DNA of 64,000 nt. Source: an uncultured candidate division Zixibacteria bacterium (GTDB lineage: Bacteria > Zixibacteria > MSB-5A5 > GN15 > FEB-12). Positions 42,188 through 54,319 of the stretch are shown in pieces. Where the stretch lies: positions 1,184,001-1,248,000 of the forward strand of contig OY760907.1 of assembly GCA_963664195.1 (NCBI GenBank). The letters run 5' to 3'. Every line of letters starts with the position of its first letter. The stretch's first letter is position 1. A model generated the notes under the pieces. It was not told the DNA's origin. It did no database searches and worked only from the letters and a program-made list of their open reading frames with translations. Position numbers and translations under genes: made by a program.

Positions 42188-42901
42188 TCACGCGACATTG
42201 CGCCCCAGAACGTACAGATACGCTTCGTTTCTAAAGCCAAGCCGTCCGAATCTCTCAATCAGATTCTCTCCGGTGCGAATTAGCTCCTCGGGTCCTTGAC
42301 TCTCGCGCAGCGTCCTGATGTCATCGCGGCACTTCTCTATCATTTGGTCAAGAATGTCCTTGCTCTCATCGGGGTCGAATTCATCGACATGCTCAAAGAC
42401 TCTCGTTTCGGTCAGCCTGATCGGCGCCATGATCTGGAGTATTTCTTGCCTGGTGAAAGTCTCGTTGTGTGTACGCCCTTGGGCACGGTCAACCTCGGCC
42501 CACCAGTGGTGCAGGTGGCGCTGCGAGTTCTCCCTGTCGCTGTCGGGCGATTGAAACACTTCACAGACGACAAAAAGGCCACCTGGTCGGAGAACTCGTT
42601 TCATTTCCATCAATACGGCATTTGCATCGGGCGGATGATGCAACGAGTGCCGAATAGCTACAGTGTCAAAGTAATCATCGTCGAACCGCAATGTTTCGGC
42701 ATCCATGACCAGGAGACGAAATCCATCACCACAGCTCTCGCGCGCGGTTTCGATACCCTTCTCATTTGTGTCTACACCCACGGCTTCACTGAAATCAACG
42801 AATGATTCTGTCAGAAGTTTGAGGAACTGTCCTTTACCGGTAGCCACATCGAGAATTCGCCCGCCCCTGAGGTCATTCAGTTCTATTGTCAGTGGATTCA
42901 T
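42188..42901 (-). CDS. Class I SAM-dependent methyltransferase
   Basis: ILDVATGKG, DAETL.F.D..FD.V, LHH and RVLRPGG motifs. Confidence 0.92.
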   Translation of the reverse strand: MNPLTIELNDLRGGRILDVATGKGQFLKLLTESFVDFSEAVGVDTNEKGIETARESCGDGFRLLVMDAETLRFDDDYFDTVAIRHSLHHPPDANAVLMEMKRVLRPGGLFVVCEVFQSPDSDRENSQRHLHHWWAEVDRAQGRTHNETFTRQEILQIMAPIRLTETRVFEHVDEFDPDESKDILDQMIEKCRDDIRTLRESQGPEELIRTGENLIERFGRLGFRNEAYLYVLGRNVA

Positions 42902-43026
42902 GTGTTATTGTACGCGATTGCTCACGGTCTGTTGCGCAGAATTCGCAGGGTTCAGGAGTCGCTCCGTCTTCGGCAGAAATCGTCTATTACCTGCTGAATA
43001 CGCCTTCTGAGCGCATGTGGAGCCAC

Positions 43027-43112
43027 TCAACCACGAGGTCCGGCAAATACTTCGTCAATTGGAGCCAAAACGGTGAACGAACCTTCGACGGAAACGGCAG
43101 CGTCCAAATCCA
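43027..43112 (-). pseudogene. Degenerate fasciclin-domain fragment
   Basis: Minus frame reads LDAAVSVEGSFTVLAPIDEVFAG*, versus [23 protein letters not shown] in the adjacent fasciclin gene. Confidence 0.55.
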
Positions 43113-43218
43113 CCTCCAGGGGGGTCCTGGATTGACCGGCTGATTGAGTCGTGAGGATAATGCTGGTGGGGTCTATGTCGACCGGAACAAATGTCCTCGT
43201 TCGTGAGCGTCATATCAT

Positions 43219-43260
43219 AAGAAAGGGCCAACGACCCGAATCGATTCGAGTCGTTGGCCC
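43219..43260 (-). terminator. Rho-independent terminator of the fasciclin gene
   Basis: GGGCCAACGAC...GTCGTTGGCCC, followed on the minus strand by TTTCTT. Confidence 0.8.
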
Positions 43261-43281
43261 CACTTCGCCGGCATTCCTGCT

Positions 43282-44337
43282 TTAAGGAAGCAGAACACCG
43301 TCGATAACGTGGATGACGCCGTTGCGGGCCTTGATGTCCACCGCAATCACGTTGGCGTCGTTGACCATGACGCCGCCGCCGTCAACCGTGATGTCGACCG
43401 TGCCGCCGTTTGCCATGGTAGCTTCATCCAGAGTGACTACGTCGGAGGCATACACCCGACCGGTGGTCACGTGGTATAGAAGAATATTTGCCAGAGTCTC
43501 GGGATCCTGCAGCAGGGCCTCAACCGTTCCAGCCGGAAGTTCACCAAAGGCGTCTTCGGTCGGAGCAAACACGGTGAACGGACCGGAGCGCATGAGCGTC
43601 TTCTTCAGACCCGCAGCCTTCACGGCCGTGGTCAGAGTGTTAAGCCCGGCCAGACGACCCACGGTGTAGATTGGGAGATAACGGGTCAGCCAATTCAAGC
43701 GACCTTCGATGATGGCCTGAGAGACCCAGCCACCACCCATGCGGTAGCCCCAGAACCATGAAGCACCCGCAGTGCCAACTCCTACGCGGGAGGCATTGGG
43801 ATCGGTCGGCAGGATTACGGCGTCGATTACATGAATGATGCCGTTAGTGGTTTCAATATCGGTGACGATTACGTTGGCGTTGTCAACCATGACTCCACCT
43901 TCGCTGGTGATCGTTATTGTAATCTCGGCACCATTTAGCGTTGCAGCACTTGAGAGAGTAACAACCTGATCAGCAGTTACCGCACCCGGCACAACATGGT
44001 ACGTCAGGATAGCTGTGAGGGCATCGATATCTTGCAGGAGGGCTTCGACCGTGCCAGCCGGCAGAGCGGCAAAAGCTTCGTCAGTAGGTGCAAAAACGGT
44101 CAACGGCCCCTCACTCTTAAGAGCATCGACCAGTCCGGCTGCCTCGGCGGCGGCCAGAAGAGTGGTGAAGTTGCCTGCGGCGGCGGCAGTCTCAACTATA
44201 TCGAGAGCCGGACTTGGGGTCGGAGTCGGAGTGTTGCTGACCAACGGATTGCTGTCATCATCGGAGCAGCCAATTGACATTACGGACAAGATCGTCAGGA
44301 CGGCGACAATCATCGTGTAGTTCTTGATCTTAAACAT
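43282..44337 (-). CDS. Fasciclin (2x FAS1) domain lipoprotein
   Basis: Lipobox SIGC; two copies of [22 protein letters not shown]...ILxYHV...NG.IHVID.V. Confidence 0.95.
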   Translation of the reverse strand: MFKIKNYTMIVAVLTILSVMSIGCSDDDSNPLVSNTPTPTPSPALDIVETAAAAGNFTTLLAAAEAAGLVDALKSEGPLTVFAPTDEAFAALPAGTVEALLQDIDALTAILTYHVVPGAVTADQVVTLSSAATLNGAEITITITSEGGVMVDNANVIVTDIETTNGIIHVIDAVILPTDPNASRVGVGTAGASWFWGYRMGGGWVSQAIIEGRLNWLTRYLPIYTVGRLAGLNTLTTAVKAAGLKKTLMRSGPFTVFAPTEDAFGELPAGTVEALLQDPETLANILLYHVTTGRVYASDVVTLDEATMANGGTVDITVDGGGVMVNDANVIAVDIKARNGVIHVIDGVLLP

Positions 44338-44380
44338 CTCTAATTTCCTTTATGTTTATTTCGTTCTTTTTCCGTCGTAT

Positions 44381-44566
44381 CTAGCAATTGCGGTCGAACG
44401 GCATCTGATCCGTGCGCCAGCAACCCTGTGCCGCGAAATTACTGTTGGCATCCACATCCTTGTCGCAGAGCCATTCGTTACCGTGGCTGTCGACAAAGAC
44501 TTTCATCGGGCGAGCGCCACCTACGGCGACTTCGGTCTGATTGGCGTTGTTTGAGTGCTTAGACAT
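44381..44566 (-). CDS. Small hypothetical protein (61 aa)
   Basis: AAGGAG RBS; MSKHS...FVDSHGNEWLCDKDVD...QGCWR; lies between DUF378 and fasciclin genes. Confidence 0.7.
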   Translation of the reverse strand: MSKHSNNANQTEVAVGGARPMKVFVDSHGNEWLCDKDVDANSNFAAQGCWRTDQMPFDRNC

Positions 44567-44616
44567 TGTGTTTCTCCTTAATTCGTATTTCTGTTCGTAA
44601 TCACATCTTCGTATTC

Positions 44617-44838
44617 TTATTGCGAGGCTGAGACCGGCGCCCATCGGCGCTGAATCGCCCGCCATTGCAGGGCCTGATAAATCGCTGACAAACCGACCAG
44701 AGCGTAGACCACCCTGGAGAGCGCGGCGCCAGATCCGAAGATCGAGGCCACCAGGTCGAAACCGGCAAAGCCCACCAGTCCCCAGTTGAGACCGCCGACT
44801 ACCAGCAGGATCGCGAAAAGTACGTCCAAGTTTTTCAT
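44617..44838 (-). CDS. DUF378 family small membrane protein
   Basis: LLVVGGLNWGLVG...FDLVA.IFG......R.VY.LVGLSA.Y. Confidence 0.92.
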   Translation of the reverse strand: MKNLDVLFAILLVVGGLNWGLVGFAGFDLVASIFGSGAALSRVVYALVGLSAIYQALQWRAIQRRWAPVSASQ

Positions 44839-44907
44839 CTTCTATCTCCATTCGTTCAAGGTTTTCGTTGTTGCTTTCAAGTACTACAACTACCGCCGTC
44901 GAACATT

Positions 44908-44946
44908 TGTTCCGCTTTTGTGTATCTTGTGATTAGTTTTTGTTTA
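44908..44946 (-). promoter_or_regulatory. CarH/LitR-type operator (11-bp direct repeats)
   Basis: Hexamers at 44908, 44919, 44930 and 44941 read GGAACA, TACACA, TAATCA and TAAACA on the minus strand (TnnACA-like, exact 11-nt period). Confidence 0.6.
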
Positions 44947-45068
44947 CTTGACGAATAAATAATGCTAACGTATTGCATAACAATATGATAATGAAGATGC
45001 TGTGACGCCGATTGTGTATTGATAGCTGTTCCACGGAAACAAATGCCTTATAATAGTGTTAGAAAAGT

Positions 45069-45085
45069 TAGACAATATATTAACA
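45069..45085 (+). promoter_or_regulatory. Second CarH-type repeat pair upstream of the regulator
   Basis: TAGACA (45069) and TTAACA (45080), 11 nt apart. Confidence 0.45.
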
Positions 45086-45098
45086 GAGAGAGATAGTT

Positions 45099-46049
45099 AT
45101 GGAGCACGGACATCCAATAGGGGTTGCAGCCAAAAAGACGGGGATTTCACCCCACCTTATTAGAATGTGGGAAAGGCGCTACGCGGCTGTTATACCTCAC
45201 CGCACTGAGACCGGCAGGCGATTGTACTCCGACAATGACATTGAGCGACTGGACTTGCTCAAGCGGGCAACCGTTGAAGGCCAGACAATCAGCCAGATTG
45301 CTCAGCTAAGTGCAGATCAACTGCGGGAATTGATTCCGCCGGACATATCAAGCGATCAGACATTTGCTGACAGCGTGAGTGTGGAGAACCAGCTTGAGCT
45401 GGCTGTGAATGCGATGGAGAATCTCGACGCCGTACAGCTTGAGATGAGACTCCTGAGAGCGTCTGTTGGACTGGGCCAGCAGGCGTTCATGGAAAGGCTT
45501 CTGCACCCCTTGCTGGAACTGACCGGCGACATGTGGTCTGACGGTCGTCTTAGTGTTGCCCATGAACACCTTGCATCGGCGGTGGTGCGATCATTGCTCG
45601 GATCAATGCATCTGTCGAGTACGACTAACGGACAGAAGCCCCTGCTGGTCAGTACGACGCCGTCGGGGCAGTTGCATGAGTTTGGTGCCCTGATGGCTCT
45701 TGTCTCAGCCTCGACGGGTGGATGGAGAACGTTGTATCTCGGTCCCAACCTTCCGGCCGAGGACATCGTAAGAGCGGCCGAGGATCGCAGGGCGAGTGCT
45801 ATCGCGCTAAGCCTTGTCTATCCGTTAGACGATCCGGAGTTGCCTGCCCAATTGCGGAAACTCCGCCAGATGGCGCCTTCTGATATCCCCCTGCTCGTGG
45901 GCGGCCGCTCCGCAATAGCCTACGACCAGGTGCTCGATGAAATCGGCGCCACAAGGATTGGCGGACTGATTGATCTAAGGAGAGAATTGAACCGCCTGAA
46001 GAAGAGTCTTGATTCCTCGTATCGCCCTGCAGGAGCAGAGAAGGCCTAG
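45099..46049 (+). CDS. MerR-family cobalamin-binding photoreceptor regulator (CarH/LitR-like)
   Basis: IR.WERRY....P.RT..GRRLY (MerR HTH); W-x9-EH; xHEFG, YLG and VGG B12-binding motifs. Confidence 0.92.
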   Translation: MEHGHPIGVAAKKTGISPHLIRMWERRYAAVIPHRTETGRRLYSDNDIERLDLLKRATVEGQTISQIAQLSADQLRELIPPDISSDQTFADSVSVENQLELAVNAMENLDAVQLEMRLLRASVGLGQQAFMERLLHPLLELTGDMWSDGRLSVAHEHLASAVVRSLLGSMHLSSTTNGQKPLLVSTTPSGQLHEFGALMALVSASTGGWRTLYLGPNLPAEDIVRAAEDRRASAIALSLVYPLDDPELPAQLRKLRQMAPSDIPLLVGGRSAIAYDQVLDEIGATRIGGLIDLRRELNRLKKSLDSSYRPAGAEKA

Positions 46050-46051
46050 TC

Positions 46052-47419
46052 ATGGTTGACCTGAGACGCGTAAGAGAACTCAGATCAGGCCCGTTTGGCA
46101 ACGGCCCGGTGGTCTATGTAATGTCACGCGATCAGAGAGTCGGGGATAACTGGGCACTCTTGTTTGCCCAGCAGCAGGCGATAGAACGCAGAACACCTCT
46201 GGTCGTAGCGTGCCCCGTCGCCGCTGATTATCCAGGTGCTCCCCCGAGGCAGACCAACTTCATAATCGACGGCCTGAAGGAGGTTCAGGTCAAGCTGGCC
46301 TCTCTGCATATACCGTTCTTTGTGTCGCAGCGACCAATCGACGAGTTTCTATCAACCCTGACTGATTACCTGGACCCGGGAGGGATCGTCTCGGACTTCA
46401 ATCCCCTCAAAGAGAGTCGACGATGGAAATCCAGCCTGGCTGACAGAATCGAGGTCCCCTTCTATGAAGTTGACGCCCATAATATTATTCCATGCTGGGA
46501 GCTCTCTGACAAACAGGAGTATGCCGCCTACACGATTCGCCCCAAAGTGACAAAGAAGCTAAACGGGTATCTTACTCCAATCCCGCACCCGGTAAAACAT
46601 CCCTTCGTTTTCGATCAAGATTCATTTCATAAGGCCTGGCCAAAGCCCGGCGATGTGGAAAGGAAAAACAGCTCTGACCGCGCCTCTGAGCTTCTCAAAC
46701 CAGGCGAGTCATTCGCCCGTAAACACCTTCAACGGTTCCTTGATAATGCACTGTCAACATACAACGATCTCAGGAACAACCCGGTTGAGAATGGTCAATC
46801 CAACCTGTCCCCCTATCTTCATTTTGGACAGATATCGACTCAGCGAGTGGCCCTGGAGGCGCAAGCGTTCGACTCTGACATCGCCTCTCAGGAGGCATTC
46901 CTGGAAGAACTCATCGTGCGCCGCGAACTGGCTGACAATTTCTGCTTCTATAATGATAGTTATGACTCGTTCGATGGGTTTCCCGCGTGGGCACAGAGAA
47001 CTCTCCACGAACACCGTCCGGATCCCCGCCCATATCTGTACGACAGGGACACTCTTGAAATCGGTGCAACTCACGACGAACTCTGGAATGCTGCACAGAT
47101 AGAAATGGTCGTGACCGGGAAAATGCACGGTTACATGCGCATGTACTGGGCTAAAAAGATTCTGGAATGGTCGCCCTCTCCCGAAGAAGCTCTGGAACAC
47201 GCTATCTACTTGAACAACAAGTACGAATTGGACGGTCACGATCCAAACGGCTACAACGGCATCGCCTGGTCCATTGGAGGAGTACACGACCGGGCCTGGT
47301 CTGAACGAGACGTTTTTGGAAAGGTTCGGTACATGAGCTACGACGGGTGTCGGCGCAAGTTTCGAGTTGCAGACTACATCAATCGCTGCGTCGGGAAAGA
47401 TTTAGGCCTGCGAGTATGA
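46052..47419 (+). CDS. phr: Class II CPD DNA photolyase
   Basis: MSRDQRV.DNWAL, VDAHNIIP, SNLSPYLHFGQIS, EELIVRREL and GKMHGYMRMYWAKKILEW motifs. Confidence 0.96.
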   Translation: MVDLRRVRELRSGPFGNGPVVYVMSRDQRVGDNWALLFAQQQAIERRTPLVVACPVAADYPGAPPRQTNFIIDGLKEVQVKLASLHIPFFVSQRPIDEFLSTLTDYLDPGGIVSDFNPLKESRRWKSSLADRIEVPFYEVDAHNIIPCWELSDKQEYAAYTIRPKVTKKLNGYLTPIPHPVKHPFVFDQDSFHKAWPKPGDVERKNSSDRASELLKPGESFARKHLQRFLDNALSTYNDLRNNPVENGQSNLSPYLHFGQISTQRVALEAQAFDSDIASQEAFLEELIVRRELADNFCFYNDSYDSFDGFPAWAQRTLHEHRPDPRPYLYDRDTLEIGATHDELWNAAQIEMVVTGKMHGYMRMYWAKKILEWSPSPEEALEHAIYLNNKYELDGHDPNGYNGIAWSIGGVHDRAWSERDVFGKVRYMSYDGCRRKFRVADYINRCVGKDLGLRV

Positions 47420-47931
47420 AGACGTACATTCTGAAAAGACGACAGGTTATCGCAAAACCGATCCGGGACGTGTTCCATTTCTTCGGCAAGCCGGAAAATC
47501 TGGAAGAGATCACCCCGGGATCAGTCGGCTTCAACATTCTCACTCCTCGACCGATCATAATGAAAGCCGGCACCGTACTTGACTATACTATTCGTATACT
47601 CGGTTTGCCTATCCGCTGGACCACGCTCATTTCCAGTTATGATCCACCAAATGGCTTCAGCGATGTAGCTTTGCGTGGCCCCTACAGTTTCTGGCATCAC
47701 ACGCACACGTTCGAGAGGGCCGCTCAGGGGACAACCATGACCGATGAGGTTCATTACGCACTGCCTTTTGGTTTTCTCGGGAGGATTGTTCATGCGCTGT
47801 GGGTCCGGCGCCAACTCAACTACATATTCGATTATCGCGCAAACGTGATCGGTAAGTTGCTGGAAGAGGGTGGCGCCACGTGGCAGAATGACCACGATTC
47901 GAGACCCCACGCGAAGGACACGCCAAAATGA
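47416..47931 (+). CDS. SRPBCC family protein
   Basis: VF.FF..PENL..ITP, W...I...PP..F.D...GPY..W.HTH.F and IF.YR motifs; ATGA overlap with phr. Confidence 0.9.
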   Translation: MKTYILKRRQVIAKPIRDVFHFFGKPENLEEITPGSVGFNILTPRPIIMKAGTVLDYTIRILGLPIRWTTLISSYDPPNGFSDVALRGPYSFWHHTHTFERAAQGTTMTDEVHYALPFGFLGRIVHALWVRRQLNYIFDYRANVIGKLLEEGGATWQNDHDSRPHAKDTPK

Positions 47932-48222
47932 AGATTCTCGTACTGGGAGCAACCGGACACGTCGGGAGCAATCTCCTGCCGCGACTCCTTGATAAGGATT
48001 TTCGGGTCCGATGCCTGGTCAGAAATCCGGCAGCAGTTGAATTGCCCGGTGTGGAGGTCGCGGAGGGAGACGCATCGGATCAATCTCCAGTTGACACCGC
48101 TGTCAAAGGATGTGATCGCATCGTCTACCTGTCTCAGGCTTTTCGATTTCAAACCAACGGGTTTTGCCGAAGTGGTAGCCAGAGCGCTGTCACATGACGG
48201 TGAAGGGAACCAGGATGAATAA
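47928..48222 (+). pseudogene. Internally deleted NAD(P)-binding epimerase/SDR (YbjT-like)
   Basis: MKILVLGATGHVG...GCDRIVYL then switches frame to a typical C-terminal tail (LFDFKPTGFAEVVARAL); most of the domain is missing. Confidence 0.75.
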
Positions 48223-49192
48223 GATACAAGCCGACGATTTCGACGCCACGAAGATTCGGATTGGGATATCGTCCTGCCTGCTGGGCAAGAAGGTGAGATT
48301 CGATGCCGGACATAAACATGACAGATACGTCACCGACGTGCTCGGACCTTTCGTGAAGTTTGTTCCGGTGTGCCCGGAGATTGAAGTGGGCATGGGGGTG
48401 CCGCGCGAGGCCGTTCGTCTTGTTGGTGATGCGGAGAACCCTCGTATGGTTGGCAATCGAAGTGAAGAAGACTGGACAGAACGAATGAACTCCTACGCTT
48501 CCCGCCGTGTCAAACGAAAGGATCTTGCGGAGCTTTCCGGATTCATCCTCAAGAACAGATCCCCTACGTGTGGCATGGAACGAGTCAAAGTCTATGTCAG
48601 TCACGGCCATTCGCAGCGCAAGGGAACAGGGCTGTTCGCAGCCGCCTTGCTCTCACAATTCCCGGACTTACCGATCGAAGAAGAAGGCCGGCTGACCGAT
48701 GCCGAACTGAGAGAGAACTTTGTCGAGCGTATCTTCGCATACCGCCGACTCCAGGATCTGTTTGCCCGACCGTTTGCCCGAAAAACAATGATTGAGTTTC
48801 ACGCCGCACACAAGTTCATGCTGCTGGCCCACAGTACCGGGCACTATCGACAACTGGGCCGACTGGTCGCCAGCATCAAAGATTATTGCCCAACTCATTT
48901 CAGAGAGGAATATCGAAGACTCTTCATGCGAACTCTGCACTTCAAAGCTACTGTGAAGAAAAACACAAACGTCCTGGAACACATTGCCGGGTTCCTCAAG
49001 AAGCAGATTAGTGACGTGGAGAAACGGAGCATTCATGAAGCGATCGCCGACTATCACCGCTCATGGACTCCCCTGGTGGTGCCGATTACGCTGCTCAGAC
49101 ATTTCATCGATAAGTATGAGGTCGAATACATACGAAATCAGCACTACTTGAAACCACATCCGAAGGAACTGATGCTGCGAAATCACTCCTGA
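48215..49192 (+). CDS. DUF523/DUF1722 (YbgA-like, 2-thiouracil desulfurase domain) protein
   Basis: GISSCLLG..VRFD.GH, VCPE, K.RSP.CG, EEEGRL, FH..HK.ML.AHS and YL.PHP.EL.LRN motifs. Confidence 0.93.
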   Translation: MNKIQADDFDATKIRIGISSCLLGKKVRFDAGHKHDRYVTDVLGPFVKFVPVCPEIEVGMGVPREAVRLVGDAENPRMVGNRSEEDWTERMNSYASRRVKRKDLAELSGFILKNRSPTCGMERVKVYVSHGHSQRKGTGLFAAALLSQFPDLPIEEEGRLTDAELRENFVERIFAYRRLQDLFARPFARKTMIEFHAAHKFMLLAHSTGHYRQLGRLVASIKDYCPTHFREEYRRLFMRTLHFKATVKKNTNVLEHIAGFLKKQISDVEKRSIHEAIADYHRSWTPLVVPITLLRHFIDKYEVEYIRNQHYLKPHPKELMLRNHS

Positions 49193-49208
49193 AGGCTGTT
49201 CCAGTGAC

Positions 49209-49679
49209 TCAGTTCATTCGCCATATCTGGTAATTGAGAGCTGCAGCAAAGCAGCACCACAACAGATACGGAACGAGAAGAAACCCGGCCCTCTTGTCGA
49301 CTCTCACGAATAGGCTCAGAGTGACAGCGAGGAGCAACACCAGCACCAATAGATCGACCAAAGCCGCTCCGATTAATTGACTTCCGAAAAAAAGCCAGGA
49401 CCACAGACCGTTCACGAGGAGTTGTGCCAGATAGAATCCCAGAAGTACCCTGACATTCTTCCCGGATCGCCGGCGCCATATGAACCAGGCGGATACGCCC
49501 ATTGCCAGATACAGCATCCCCCACACCGGCCCGAAAAGCCAACCCGGAGGTGTCCAGACAGGTTTTGCCAAAGTCGCGTACCATGCCCCCGGTTGAAACT
49601 GCGAAGCAAAGGTGGCGACGCTGAAGGTCAAAGCAACCCAAAACGCCAGGGCCAGAAAATCAGATTGTCGTCTTCTCAT
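49209..49679 (-). CDS. tspO: TspO/MBR tryptophan-rich sensory protein
   Basis: WY..L.KP.WTPP.W.F.PVW..LY, N.LWS.LFF and LLVPYL.W..FA..LN motifs. Confidence 0.95.
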   Translation of the reverse strand: MRRRQSDFLALAFWVALTFSVATFASQFQPGAWYATLAKPVWTPPGWLFGPVWGMLYLAMGVSAWFIWRRRSGKNVRVLLGFYLAQLLVNGLWSWLFFGSQLIGAALVDLLVLVLLLAVTLSLFVRVDKRAGFLLVPYLLWCCFAAALNYQIWRMN

Positions 49680-49867
49680 TGCGTCCCTTTCCAGGACGAG
49701 TTGATTCTCTATCTGAGGTATGACAATATCAATGCTAAACATCTGGCGGAAGAGAGAAACCCGGCACCTGTGATCACATCGTGGTCATGGCCGCCTCACG
49801 TGGAATGAACAGAAAAAGGCACCACTCCGAGAAGCAATGCCCGTACACTCTGCTACAGGCTCAACAA

Positions 49868-50146
49868 TCAGGCGTCTTTGCTGCAGGTCGGTTCCTGACA
49901 GCAATGCAAAGACAACGAGTCGGCCTGTCTCTTCTTGTAATCGTCTATTCCCTGCTGAATACGGCTCTTGAATCCGTGAGGAGCCACTCGACCGCACAAG
50001 CCGGTTCCGTCGCCATTTGGTTTACACATACGGAAACACCAGGGGGACCGGTTCTTGGTCAACGGACATCCCAGATAAGTGTATTCCTTGAAACCTGTGC
50101 GAATGTTGACTCGCTTCAAACCTTTGGAGGGAGCTTTTAGTGCCAT
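49868..50146 (-). CDS. Small Cys-rich hypothetical protein
   Basis: MALKAP...YLGCPLTKNRSPWCFRMC.P..G.G.CGRVAPH; coding-like composition; upstream of tspO on the same strand. Confidence 0.65.
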   Translation of the reverse strand: MALKAPSKGLKRVNIRTGFKEYTYLGCPLTKNRSPWCFRMCKPNGDGTGLCGRVAPHGFKSRIQQGIDDYKKRQADSLSLHCCQEPTCSKDA

Positions 50147-50537
50147 TCTCATTCCCCGTTGTCTTGACTGCGGGCAGAGTTTATTCCTGCATCTGCCCAA
50201 CTTCTTTCCTGTGTCCGGATTGTTCCGGCTATTAGTGCCTTTAACCGACAACATGGATAGAAGTTCACGCTGTTCTATTGTTTTTTCACCAAAATGAGCA
50301 GGAACTACAGGAGTGTATCCTGACACATGACGTCATGGGGACCAATTATCAGCCTGCCGCCCTTGAGGATAGCAGACTCGGCTGCCCACCCGTGCCCGGG
50401 CTTGTGGGAAAGGGTATGGTTTTTGAGTCGAGTGGGATGCAGTTTCCGGACTGAGGAAAGCTCGAAATCGCGCGATGCTGCCGGAGGCGGGGAGCGGAAG
50501 CAAGCTCCCGATTCCTTCCGAAGCAGGCAGACTATGC

Positions 50538-50711
50538 TGTACGAGGACGGACTTGAGTTGACACGTGCACAAAAAAAAGAGTGGCCGTTTACCTCTGAGA
50601 TAACAACAAATCAGGAGGTTGTAATGACCACTCAACAGAAACTCGTCCAGAAGAAACTTACCCTTCAGGAACCTGGCGAGTATCTTCAGAACCTGTCTGA
50701 AGTCTGCCGGC
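50538..50711 (+). mobile_element. IS481-family remnant (left end plus transposase N-terminus)
   Basis: TGTACG...TTGACAC end; AGGAGG RBS and ATG at 50624 encoding MTTQQKLVQKKLTL.E..EYLQN.SEVCR; truncated at the aqpZ stop. Confidence 0.65.
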
Positions 50712-51392
50712 TCAGGTTGTTTTCTCGAACAACCCTTTCCAGACAACCGCAGCAATGACTCCACCTGCAATCGGCGCGACAATAAACAACCACAACTGGC
50801 CAAGTGCCTCGCCTCCGACCAATAGAGCAGGACCAAGACTCCGCGCCGGGTTCACGGAAGTGCCGGTGATGGGAATACCAATCATATGAATCAGCACGAG
50901 AGTCAGTCCAATGGCTATTCCGGCAAATCCCTCCGGAGCTCTCTCGTGAGTGGCGCCAAATATTACAATCAGGAAGACGAAGGTAAGAACCACTTCAAAG
51001 ATCAATCCCGACATCATCGAATACTGATCTGGCGAGTGCATTCCAAAACCGTTTTGCCCGAGACCGTTCACGGTACAATCATAGCCGATTTTACCATTGG
51101 CCATGGCAAGCAGGACGGCAGCGCCGATGATGGCTCCAACACACTGCGCCACAATATAGCCAACCGTGTCTTTGCTGCTGATCTTTCCAGCTACCCGCAT
51201 CGCCACAGTGATCGCGGGATTGATATGACAGCCGGAGATCGGCCCGATAGCGTATACCATCACAAGCACAGTTAAACCAAATGCGAGCGATATCCCCAAA
51301 AAGCCGATATGAGTGCCCGCCAGTACAGCACTCCCACAACCAAAAAGCACCAGCGCAAAGGTTCCGATCAGTTCTGCCAGATATTTCTGCAT
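50712..51392 (-). CDS. aqpZ: Aquaporin Z
   Basis: AELIGTF.LV..GCGSAV; SGCHINPA; TSVNPARS. Confidence 0.95.
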   Translation of the reverse strand: MQKYLAELIGTFALVLFGCGSAVLAGTHIGFLGISLAFGLTVLVMVYAIGPISGCHINPAITVAMRVAGKISSKDTVGYIVAQCVGAIIGAAVLLAMANGKIGYDCTVNGLGQNGFGMHSPDQYSMMSGLIFEVVLTFVFLIVIFGATHERAPEGFAGIAIGLTLVLIHMIGIPITGTSVNPARSLGPALLVGGEALGQLWLFIVAPIAGGVIAAVVWKGLFEKTT

Positions 51393-51595
51393 TGCGTCTC
51401 CTTTCTTATACTAATGCGAGCCCGGTTCTTGAATCTGTCAATATTCTGGAAATCCTGTTGTCACCCCATCGTCAGCTCTGAGCAAAGCGAGTAACTAACT
51501 ATCTGCCGTCAGGAAACGGAAAGCTACTAAAACAAAGGCTGAGGCGTTTCAATATCGCAATTACTGTCACTGATCTCAGGTCGTCATTTATACAA

Positions 51596-51622
51596 GTTCC
51601 TATATAGGAACCCTTCTACAAT
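51596..51622. promoter_or_regulatory. Palindromic operator upstream of fur-katG
   Basis: Perfect 16-bp palindrome GTTCCTATATAGGAAC (51596-51611) overlapping an AT-rich ATAGGAA-ccc-TTCTACAAT element. Confidence 0.5.
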
Positions 51623-51640
51623 AACGTTGTTACACGTGGT

Positions 51641-54297
<2,657 letters not shown>

Positions 54298-54319
54298 GCA
54301 AAGAGACCATTTCTAATAC

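Noticed and set aside
43300..44110. DNA-level repeats as a CRISPR array or DGR template/variable repeat pair
   Set aside because: They are the two FAS1 domains; there is no spacer structure, adenine-specific variation or reverse transcriptase in the window
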